Source of the DNA: Verrucomicrobiia bacterium
Lineage (GTDB): Bacteria; Verrucomicrobiota; Verrucomicrobiia; Limisphaerales; UBA11358
Assembly: GCA_035605035.1 (NCBI GenBank)
Contig: DATNHI010000168.1
Location: forward strand, 1-37,833
Length of the DNA stretch: 37,833 bases
Direction of reading: 5' to 3'
Shown here: piece by piece, positions 24,532-32,112 of the stretch
Layout of the letters: every line of letters starts with the position of its first letter
How positions within the stretch are numbered: the stretch's first letter is position 1
Made by a program: the position numbers and the translations under genes
The notes under the pieces: generated by a model
What the model was told of the DNA's origin: nothing
The model's database searches: none
What the model saw: the letters and a program-made list of their open reading frames with translations, nothing else

Positions 24532-25136
24532 TCCAGTGCGCGCCGGGTCATGGAGGTTTCCAGCTTGTAATAATCCGCGCCTTGCATGAAACGCGCCGGT
24601 TGATAGAATTCAAGGGTGAGGTGGATCACCCGATTGTTTTGGTTGTTGGTCAACACATTCCCCGAAAAGTCCTGCGCGGTGAACGCGATCGTGTTGGTGA
24701 CCGAATCGGCCAGGATTTCAGCGGAGCCCGGCTGGTCGGTGGTTCGCCGGAAGCTCTGGTCCGATAAATTGACAAAATAGATGATGTAGCTGGCAGTATT
24801 GGTCGTAGGATAAACGAGCAGAGCGGTGCCCTGCTGCGTCTCCCCATTCAGCAGCCCGTCAAAAACACCATTCGTAATATTGCCAACCGACACGCTGTTA
24901 CAGGAGTGGATTTCAGTTGTCATTTTTTCGACCGTTTGGCGGGACCACGTGGTGATGTTGAGCTTGGTTGTATTGACTTGAAACATTCTCAAGCCAAACA
25001 GATTCGCGGCAATGATGCCGGCGAGCATCAGCAGAAACACCGCCATCGCAATGAGGATTTCCGGCAGGGTGAAACCTTTGTCCAGCACCGGCCTCCGGCC
25101 GCGATCTGAATTTGAAAATGGAACGTGAAGCTTCAT
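24528..25136 (-). CDS. prepilin-type N-terminal cleavage/methylation protein, GspJ/PilW-like minor pseudopilin
   Basis: 202 aa. DKG/FTLPEILIAMAVFLLMLAGII is a class-III signal with Glu at +5. It has ATGA overlaps with both neighbours. Confidence 0.8.
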   Translation of the reverse strand: MKLHVPFSNSDRGRRPVLDKGFTLPEILIAMAVFLLMLAGIIAANLFGLRMFQVNTTKLNITTWSRQTVEKMTTEIHSCNSVSVGNITNGVFDGLLNGETQQGTALLVYPTTNTASYIIYFVNLSDQSFRRTTDQPGSAEILADSVTNTIAFTAQDFSGNVLTNNQNNRVIHLTLEFYQPARFMQGADYYKLETSMTRRALE

Positions 25137-25600
25137 TGGTCGGGGGCGCGAATGGTTTCAATCGTGTTGGTGATCAATTGGGTCCCCATGAAATTCCAGA
25201 TGCAATCCACCCGAATTCTGCGGATCGGCGGGGCGAGTGAAATCTGGGAAATGGTCGTCTGAATCGTGGCCGACGTGCCTCCGGAACCGGATCCGGGCAT
25301 ATCCAGGGAAACGATCTTGTTCGGAAAATTCGTGGCCACCAACTGGTCCACAACCGGCCAGACGGAGGTATCCCATCGGGCGCTGTGCACCTCCTCGATG
25401 CGTTCCATCGCCCGGGCGCTCGCCGCCTGAACCAGTCCGCCCTTTACCGCAGCCGTCGTGCAGTAGATATATCCCTCAACGACTCCCCCCACGGTCAGCC
25501 CGGTGATGGCCAAGGCGACAACCACTTCCACCAGCGTCATTCCCGCCCGCCCGCGCGGTGCGAATCGAACGACCTTTTGATTTGAACACATGGTTTTCAT
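25133..25600 (-). CDS. prepilin-type N-terminal cleavage/methylation protein, GspI/PilV-like minor pseudopilin
   Basis: 155 aa. GRAG/MTLVEVVVALAITGLTVGGVV is a class-III signal with Glu at +5. Confidence 0.8.
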   Translation of the reverse strand: MKTMCSNQKVVRFAPRGRAGMTLVEVVVALAITGLTVGGVVEGYIYCTTAAVKGGLVQAASARAMERIEEVHSARWDTSVWPVVDQLVATNFPNKIVSLDMPGSGSGGTSATIQTTISQISLAPPIRRIRVDCIWNFMGTQLITNTIETIRAPDQ

Positions 25601-25625
25601 CGAATTCCGGCCTGCCTGCCAATTG

Positions 25626-25641
25626 TGGCATTGGCTTTGCT
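25626..25641 (+). promoter_or_regulatory. orphan sigma54-type promoter-like box
   Basis: TGGCAT-tggct-TTGCT, with GG at 25627-28 and GC at 25639-40. This is the best match to TGGCAC-N5-TTGCW in the window, yet no plus-strand CDS follows it. Confidence 0.35.
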
Positions 25642-25817
25642 TTGCAAAGAATTCCCTATAAATTCCTGCTTTTCAGGGCAAATTCAGCATGTTTCGGTCC
25701 AATTAAAGGGGTAAAAACCGTGGTTGAATTGCACTGGCAACCCTATGGCAACGCCCACAAACGGGAAGGTTAAAGCAGTACCATTGACAGCCGGGAAGCG
25801 CTGGCCTGCCAGCCGTA

Positions 25818-25906
25818 GCTCGGAGCGCCAGTTGTTCGGACGCTTGCGCCCGCCTTCGCGCTTTGCGCTACGGCGCGCAGCCTTCACTCTCCGCGTTGCT
25901 CCGAGC
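25818..25906. repeat. GC-rich inverted-repeat element abutting the tRNA 3' end
   Basis: GCTCGGAGC (25818-25826) pairs with GCTCCGAGC (25898-25906) around 71 nt that contain mini-hairpins (GCGC-ttt-GCGC, GCGC-tacg-GCGC). The element ends 6 nt from the tRNA 3' end. Confidence 0.6.
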
Positions 25907-25912
25907 GAAGGC

Positions 25913-25989
25913 TGGTACGCGAGGAGAGGGTCGAACTCTCAACCTTCGGCTCCGGAGGCCGACGCTCTATCCAATTGAGCTACTCGCGC
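25913..25989 (-). tRNA. tRNA-Arg (anticodon CCG), CCA encoded
   Basis: Manual cloverleaf: GCGCGAG-TA-GCTC-AATTGGATA-GAGC-G-TCGGC-CTCCGGA-GCCGA-AGGTT-GAGAG-TTCGACC-CTCTC-CTCGCGT-A-CCA. All four stems pair (G1-U72 is a wobble). T33 and purine 37 flank the CCG anticodon, and the T-loop is TTCGA. Confidence 0.9.
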
Positions 25990-26200
25990 AGATCAAAGGT
26001 CAGCATACGCACATGCCCGATTTTGCTCAAATGGAATCTGCGAGCGGCAGAAATCCATCAAGGCCGGACCGGATTCCCGACGTGTCAGATCACAAACACA
26101 TCGGCCTCGTAGGGCGCAAGCGTTTTGTCCGACGTCGAATTTCGCAAACCCCGAAACCGTCAAATCCGGGCTTGTGACCTCGGCGGCCGAGTGACGACAT

Positions 26201-27784
26201 CTAATCCGTTCTCAACTCAAACACCTGCTGCTGGAATTTGGAGATGTCCACGGTAACCTGTGAATTGAGCGCAACGAGCAGGCGGAAAATGTCGCGGTTC
26301 CAGCTCACATTGGGATCCAGTGCGTCGGCGACCGGGTCGGTGATCTCGTAATTCCTGTCGGCGTAACGAATGGTCCGCAGGGGCGGCTGAAGTGGTTCTT
26401 TTACATGGCTCCATTCAATGCGAATGACCGGATGTTGTTCCGAGTTTGGAACGACCGAGCGGAATTGGTGATTAGTCAGCACGAGCGTGTCAAAGGCCGG
26501 TTGTTCGCTCGCGACGGCTTCCATCGCCCGGCCAAAACTGCGGAGCACCAGCCGCGTTCGCGCCTGCGCCTCGCCACTGACCTTGGTCTGCACGGAGATG
26601 CCTTCGTTGAGCAGTCCGATGACGGTCAGGACGGCCATCGTGTCGTCCGCAATGACTTCCTGGCTCTTGGAATTGGTGGCGTTAAAATTCGCATTCGTCA
26701 GCGATTGAACAATCGCCGGAACCAAAGCCAGTTGAGCGGGCGCCAGGCTGAAATTGACCCCCGACTGAACAAGCCTGCGGTTGCCCTCCGACACAATTTG
26801 ATTCCCAGCGGGGTTTGAGACGGCCGGTGATTGGACAACCGCAACCACATCGGTGTTAAGGACGAAAATCGGCATTTCGCGGCGAAGGCCGAGCTGCCAC
26901 GTGCCGTTCGTTTGGGTCAGCGTCCAGCCCTTGTCTTGAGCGTCCGCGTAATCTTTGAGCGACGGACTGCCTTTTTCACCCGGCGCACTGTTTCCACCCG
27001 ATCCTTGCTCCGGATTTTCGGGTTGTGAAGCATTCCGGCCACCCGCTCCCGGCTGGCCGCCGGCTTTTGCGCCCGAGCCTGCGTTGAAAGAGACCGGTCC
27101 CATATTTTCAGGCGGCTGGGTGACGGCCCGGAGCGAGAGATAGCCGCGCTGCTGCAATTCGCGAAGGATGGCACATGCGCGCAAATATTTTCCGTAAGAT
27201 TCCGGCGTGCCCCGCGTCGGGGAATTGACCAGCACCAATTCCTGGTTGTTCGGCAGCGTCGTTTCCACGCGCTCAATCAGCACCCGCATCAACTGGTCAA
27301 TCGGGTAGCCCTGCTGGTAGAGCGTGAAAAAAACGTCGGTGGAAATCGGCTGCAAGACCTGTTTGGCCACAGCTTCGTTGTTCAGCGGAATAAATTGAAA
27401 TTCCGGATTGATTGTGCGTGTGATCGTTCCGCTGGCGTTGTAACCAAACACCGATTGAAATACCCGCGTGATGGCACCACCGGTGGGAGCGGTTTTGGAG
27501 TCGGTGAACGTGCCGGTGTTGCCGACACCGGCTGAACCGCTGACCGAAAGCCGATCATCAATTGCGCCGATGGCGAGGTAATAGGCTGGATGGCCGTTTT
27601 CCAGTCGCGCGAGATTGAGCAACATCTGTTCGTTGAGCGCATCGGCGTAGGCGGTGTTGTAGTCGCGAAAATGTGCGTGCATGGCCGAGGTCGCGCAGGA
27701 AGTCAGCAGTGGCAGCGCGCACAGACACAGGCATAAGCAAATGTGGATTAGTAAGTTAGACTGGATTAATGGATTTGCTTTCAT
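26201..27784 (-). CDS. lipoprotein, unknown family
   Basis: The track ORF starts at a TTG (27826). The ATG at 27782-27784 gives MKANPLIQSNLLIHICLCLCLCALPLLTS/C, with an LTSC lipobox. An internal Gly/Pro/Ser-rich low-complexity linker (GSGAKAGGQPGAGGRNASQPENPEQGSGGNSAPGEKGS) is present. No domain recognised. Confidence 0.75.
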   Translation of the reverse strand: MKANPLIQSNLLIHICLCLCLCALPLLTSCATSAMHAHFRDYNTAYADALNEQMLLNLARLENGHPAYYLAIGAIDDRLSVSGSAGVGNTGTFTDSKTAPTGGAITRVFQSVFGYNASGTITRTINPEFQFIPLNNEAVAKQVLQPISTDVFFTLYQQGYPIDQLMRVLIERVETTLPNNQELVLVNSPTRGTPESYGKYLRACAILRELQQRGYLSLRAVTQPPENMGPVSFNAGSGAKAGGQPGAGGRNASQPENPEQGSGGNSAPGEKGSPSLKDYADAQDKGWTLTQTNGTWQLGLRREMPIFVLNTDVVAVVQSPAVSNPAGNQIVSEGNRRLVQSGVNFSLAPAQLALVPAIVQSLTNANFNATNSKSQEVIADDTMAVLTVIGLLNEGISVQTKVSGEAQARTRLVLRSFGRAMEAVASEQPAFDTLVLTNHQFRSVVPNSEQHPVIRIEWSHVKEPLQPPLRTIRYADRNYEITDPVADALDPNVSWNRDIFRLLVALNSQVTVDISKFQQQVFELRTD

Positions 27785-27952
27785 ATGATTGAGAATGCCA
27801 ATGTCAGTTTTCGGAATGGAACGCAAGCATTATTTTTCTTGACGGTTGAGCGCGACTGCAACAGGGGTTCTTTATGACACCGCGCCCGACCATCTTCATT
27901 TCGGCGGCAAGCAGAGAGCTGAAAAGCGCGCGGCAACGGGTCTCCAACACCG

Positions 27953-27968
27953 GGCAACTCCGCGGCCA
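27953..27968 (-). promoter_or_regulatory. sigma54-type promoter candidate for the lipoprotein gene
   Basis: The minus strand reads TGGCCG-cggag-TTGCC. GG is the complement of 27966-67 and GC the complement of 27954-55 (GG-N10-GC). It lies ~125-170 nt upstream of the two candidate starts. Confidence 0.4.
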
Positions 27969-28083
27969 GGAATCGGTGCGACACGACACTTTGGTCCCGA
28001 GCAGTGAGATTTGCGCGCCATAATCTCTGCAAGGCCCACACCGGGCTGATTCGTACCGATTTTGTCCGAGGAAGAAGGTTTGG

Positions 28084-31000
28084 CTACTGTCCCAACCAAA
28101 CGGCCCGGTAAAAGAAAGTATTCCCATTGGTGGCGGGTTGCGGCAGGAGGAGGTTAAAGCCATTGGTCAGGATGGTGTTGGTGCTTACGGGCAACCATGA
28201 CCCGCTGTTCAGCGAAGTCCGGCGCTCCAGTCGATAAACCGTGCCGGTCGTGCCGGTGATGCCCAGCCCAACACTATAGCCCGCCACCAGCATCGGATTG
28301 GTCACCGTATAAAACCCTGCATAGACCGTAATTTGGCCAGGCTGCACTGTCACCGTCTGATTGGTCGGCAGATTCCAACCGTTTATCGGCTTGAACTGGA
28401 TCACCACCGCGTTGGTCGAAAACACCGCCCGCACGTAGTTGGTCGCGCTCGAATAGGTGGCATCCCCCTGCAACCGCCAGCCCGCACCGGCCTGCACCGC
28501 CGCCGCTGGCCCCAACTGCCACTGGACATATCCCGGATTGCTGGCGCTGATGGCTTGATTGGGGATAATGGTGATCACCCCGCCACCCGTGTTGTTCGTG
28601 CCGGTGTCACCCAACGTCGCCGCATTCGTGATCAGGTTCACTACCTCGCTGTCGATCGCCCGCACGGCTGACGCATACGGCACAGCGCCATTGAACAACG
28701 TCCCCAAATACACCCCTGCTGGATAGTAATAGCCGTTGAACTGTACATACAGCGGCCCGCCGCTGTTGCCCGGATAACTGAGAAGCCACGCCGCTATGTA
28801 AACTTGCTGATTGTTCACCGGGTCCGCAGCCTGACTCAAAGGATACGGCTGCGGCCCGGTCTGATACATCACGCCCGGCACGATGCTGGCGTCGCCAAAC
28901 AACGAGCCATCCACCGGGTAGCCCACCAGCATCTTCAGGCTCGTGCTCGTCAGCCAGGAGTTGGGCGACGCATCCGAGGGCAAGTAGCCGCCATAGCCAC
29001 CTCCCGCCACCGGCGACAGGAAATACAGCGCCGCCACGTCCAGGTTCCGTGACTGGGGACTGGACTGGTCCGGACTCAGGCCACTCAACAAGTCATTGGT
29101 CCGCTGGGCGGCATAGCCGCTCAACACATACCAGCCCCGCGCTGGCAACGGCTCCGGGGCAAACACACCTTCCTCCTCCTGAAAATACCAATAGACCTGG
29201 CTCACGTAGGACAACGTCTCGTCGTTGAAGACCAGATGCGCCGCCGTCAACACCACGTTGGTCTGCACGGCCACCCCGCTGCCGTAGCCCACATCCGATT
29301 GCAACTGGCCGTTGAACCCGAAGGGATAATCGGTCAGGTCACTAAGGTAATTGGCAGGTACCGGCACAGGCAGCAGAACCCCGCCCGGTGGCGAGGCGGC
29401 AAGCAGGTAACTGGCCGAAATCACTCGGGCCAAACCGGCATACACCTGCACCGCCTGGCTGGCAGGCTTCGAGTAGTTGGCCACCGGCTCGAACTCGATG
29501 AAATAGATGTCCGGCAGCAAGTTGGTCGCCGTGGAGCCTGGCGCCCGCCAGGTCGTCTCTCCCAGGAACCGCCAGCCGGCACCAGCGGGCGAGTTGGGCT
29601 GAATGTTGACCGTCAGCGTACCGTCGTTCGTGTCCCCGGCAACGAGCGTAGGGTAATATTGGTTGGTTACGAACGTGGTAACACCGCCCGCGACTGCTGC
29701 CATAAAGTTGGTCGAGATGGTCAGGTAACCGGGCAAATTGCGAAACTCGACGGGGTAATTGCCGGCGACCAGATTGCTCGCCAAGTCTCCGCTGTTGCGC
29801 CAGGCGATTTCCCAGGGAAAGCGCCATTGCCCGTCGGCCTCAGGCGGCAGCAAGGTCACGACAAGCTGCCCATTCATGGGCGGCTGGGTGTAAGGCACCG
29901 GATCGGTTGGCGTGTATGCCGTGAACACCCCTTTGCGAATCGTGTTGTTGTAAGTATCCGCCACGTAGAGAACGCCTGCGTCGTCCACCGCTAAACCGTA
30001 GGGCAAGTCAAACAACGCGGCGCTGCCCGCCCCGTCGGCGCTGCCATAGGTCCCGGCCACGCCACCAATCGTGCTGACGACCCAGTTGGTGCCGACGGGA
30101 GTTATCTTCCGAATCGTGTTGTTGTACGTATCCGCCACATAGAGATTGCCCGCGCTGTCCACCGCGATACCAAAAGGTTTGTCAAACTGAGCGTTCGTTC
30201 CCGTGCCGTCGGCGCTGCCTTGGACCATGGCCTGCCCGGCAATAGTGCTCACTACCCAGTTGGTTCCAGCGGGCGTTATCTTCCGGATCGTGTCGTTGGT
30301 AAAATCGGCCACGTAGAGATTGGTCGCGCTGTCCACCACGATCCCACCCGGCTTGTTAAAGTGCGCATTGGTTCCCGTGCCGTCAGTGAAGCCATCAGTC
30401 CCAGCCAGCCCGGCAATGGTGCGCACCACCCAGTTGGTGCCCACCAATGTCATCTTCCGAATCGTGTCGTTGTAGGTATCCGCCACGTAGAGATTGGTTG
30501 CGCTGTCCACGGCGATGCCGCCTGGATAATTAAACCGCGCCACGCTGTTGGTTCCGTCCGCGCTGCCATTGATTCCGGCCCTACCGGCGATGGTACTCAC
30601 TATCCCCGCCGGCGTGATCTGCCGAATGGTGTGGTTGTATGTGTCCGCCACATAAACATTGCCGGCGCTGTCAACCGCCACGCCGCCTGGCCCGTTAAAC
30701 AACGCGTAACTGCCCGGCCCATCATTGGTGCCCGAAACCTCGGCCAACCCGGCCATCGTGCTCACCAAACCTGCCGAGGTGATCTGCCGAATGGTGCAAT
30801 TCAGTTCATCCGCCACGTAGAGATTGCCGTCGCCATCCACCGCGATACCTTCAGGACTCCAAAATCGTGCGGCGCCGCCTGTGCCATCAGCGCTGCCGAC
30901 ACTTCCGCCGCCAGCCAGGGTGCTCACCACCCCGGCTGAGGTGATCTTCCGAATTGCATCGTTGAACGTATCCGCCACATAGATATGGCCTTCCGGGCCT

Positions 31001-32097
31001 GCCGCGACACCCTCGGGCGTACCAAAGTACGCGTTGGTGCCAGTCCCGTCCACAAAGGCGGGCGTCAAGACCACTCCAGCCAAAGTGGTCACGATCCAGT
31101 TGGTTCCAGCCGGCCGGATCTTCCGAATGGTGTCGTTGGAAGAATCCGCCACGTAGAGATTGGTGGCGCTGTCCACCGCGATCCCGCCAGGTTCGTAAAA
31201 GCGCGCGACACCGTTCGTGCCATCCTTGCTGCCGATGTTGCCAGCGGAGCCGGCGATGGTGCGCACCACCCAGTTGGTACCTGCCAGCGTGAGCTTGCGA
31301 ATTGTGTCGTTGTAGGTATCCGCCACATAAACATTGCCGGCGCTATCAACCGTGACGCCAGCGGGCCCGTCAAACCGCGCAGTGCCGTTGGTTCCGTCCA
31401 TGCTGCCGATGCTGCCGGCGGAGCCGGCGATGGTGCTGACCACCCAGTTGGTGCCCGCTGGTGTTATCTTCCGAATCGTGTTGTTCTTGAAATCGGCCAC
31501 ATAGACATTGGTCGCGCTGTCCACTGCAACCGCCGCAGGACCGTGAAACTGCGCGGCACTGCCCAGACCGTCGGCGCTACCGGCGTTGGTGGCCAGACCG
31601 GCGATGGTGGAAACCACCCAGTTGGTCCCTACCGGAGTCACTTTCCGAATGGTCTGATTACGGTAATCCGCCACATAAACATTGCCTCCATTATCAATTG
31701 TGACGCCTTCGGGGATATTAAACCGTGCGGCGCTGTTTGTGCCATCGGCGCTGCCGGAAGCCCCGGCAAAGCCAGCGATGGTGCTCACCACTCCCGACGG
31801 TGTGATCTTCCGAATGGTGTTATTCAAAGTATCCGCCACATAGACATTGCCGTTCGTGTCTGCCCCCACTCCGTAAGGGACGGCGAATTGCGCCACGCTG
31901 CCCACGCCATCAGCGCTGCCGGAGCCAGAGGAGCCAGCGAAGGTGCTGAAAGTGTAGGCAGCGGCATAACTGGACTGCGCCGCCGCTGGCAGGGTGAAAA
32001 GACTGGTAAACGACATCGCCAACAAGGCGAGCCATGTTCCCAAACATCCCCGTTCAGATTTGGCAGCCGGTCGCTTGGCTGGATTGATTTCGTTCAT
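28084..32097 (-). CDS. giant secreted NHL-repeat (12 blades) / trypsin-like serine protease fusion protein, paralog A
   Basis: 1337 aa with signal-like N-terminus LALLAMSFTSLFTLPAAAQ. It has 12 repeats of ...GsaDGt..aArF..P.GvavDsaGNlYVADt.NdTIRKI... (about nt 29930-31960). Two beta-sandwich domains carry G.WRF motifs. The S1 protease triad contexts are LTAAHLV (His codon 29236-38), NLDVAAL (Asp 29038-40) and GNSGGPL (Ser 28762-64). A third sandwich follows, and the C-terminal tail is ...FFYRAVWLGQ. Confidence 0.9.
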   Translation of the reverse strand: MNEINPAKRPAAKSERGCLGTWLALLAMSFTSLFTLPAAAQSSYAAAYTFSTFAGSSGSGSADGVGSVAQFAVPYGVGADTNGNVYVADTLNNTIRKITPSGVVSTIAGFAGASGSADGTNSAARFNIPEGVTIDNGGNVYVADYRNQTIRKVTPVGTNWVVSTIAGLATNAGSADGLGSAAQFHGPAAVAVDSATNVYVADFKNNTIRKITPAGTNWVVSTIAGSAGSIGSMDGTNGTARFDGPAGVTVDSAGNVYVADTYNDTIRKLTLAGTNWVVRTIAGSAGNIGSKDGTNGVARFYEPGGIAVDSATNLYVADSSNDTIRKIRPAGTNWIVTTLAGVVLTPAFVDGTGTNAYFGTPEGVAAGPEGHIYVADTFNDAIRKITSAGVVSTLAGGGSVGSADGTGGAARFWSPEGIAVDGDGNLYVADELNCTIRQITSAGLVSTMAGLAEVSGTNDGPGSYALFNGPGGVAVDSAGNVYVADTYNHTIRQITPAGIVSTIAGRAGINGSADGTNSVARFNYPGGIAVDSATNLYVADTYNDTIRKMTLVGTNWVVRTIAGLAGTDGFTDGTGTNAHFNKPGGIVVDSATNLYVADFTNDTIRKITPAGTNWVVSTIAGQAMVQGSADGTGTNAQFDKPFGIAVDSAGNLYVADTYNNTIRKITPVGTNWVVSTIGGVAGTYGSADGAGSAALFDLPYGLAVDDAGVLYVADTYNNTIRKGVFTAYTPTDPVPYTQPPMNGQLVVTLLPPEADGQWRFPWEIAWRNSGDLASNLVAGNYPVEFRNLPGYLTISTNFMAAVAGGVTTFVTNQYYPTLVAGDTNDGTLTVNIQPNSPAGAGWRFLGETTWRAPGSTATNLLPDIYFIEFEPVANYSKPASQAVQVYAGLARVISASYLLAASPPGGVLLPVPVPANYLSDLTDYPFGFNGQLQSDVGYGSGVAVQTNVVLTAAHLVFNDETLSYVSQVYWYFQEEEGVFAPEPLPARGWYVLSGYAAQRTNDLLSGLSPDQSSPQSRNLDVAALYFLSPVAGGGYGGYLPSDASPNSWLTSTSLKMLVGYPVDGSLFGDASIVPGVMYQTGPQPYPLSQAADPVNNQQVYIAAWLLSYPGNSGGPLYVQFNGYYYPAGVYLGTLFNGAVPYASAVRAIDSEVVNLITNAATLGDTGTNNTGGGVITIIPNQAISASNPGYVQWQLGPAAAVQAGAGWRLQGDATYSSATNYVRAVFSTNAVVIQFKPINGWNLPTNQTVTVQPGQITVYAGFYTVTNPMLVAGYSVGLGITGTTGTVYRLERRTSLNSGSWLPVSTNTILTNGFNLLLPQPATNGNTFFYRAVWLGQ

Positions 32098-32112
32098 GGG
32101 AAAAAGGTTGAA

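Noticed and set aside
25736-25751. Second sigma54-like box, TGGCAA-cccta-TGGCA, on the plus strand near the tRNA
   Set aside because: Only the GG-N10-GC core and a partial -24 match are present. At this stringency several hits are expected by chance in a window of this size, and no gene lies downstream.
25724-25978. 84-aa plus-strand ORF next to the orphan promoter
   Set aside because: It overlaps the tRNA-Arg gene antisense and the GC-rich hairpin element. The translation is Arg/Ala/Ser-rich repeat-like sequence, which is not credible as a protein.
19668-25989. Genomic island integrated at the 3' end of tRNA-Arg
   Set aside because: There is no integrase or recombinase. I saw no direct repeat of the tRNA 3' end elsewhere in the window. 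GC content and codon style look native. The adjacency of the pseudopilin operon to the tRNA is noted, but an island call is unsupported.
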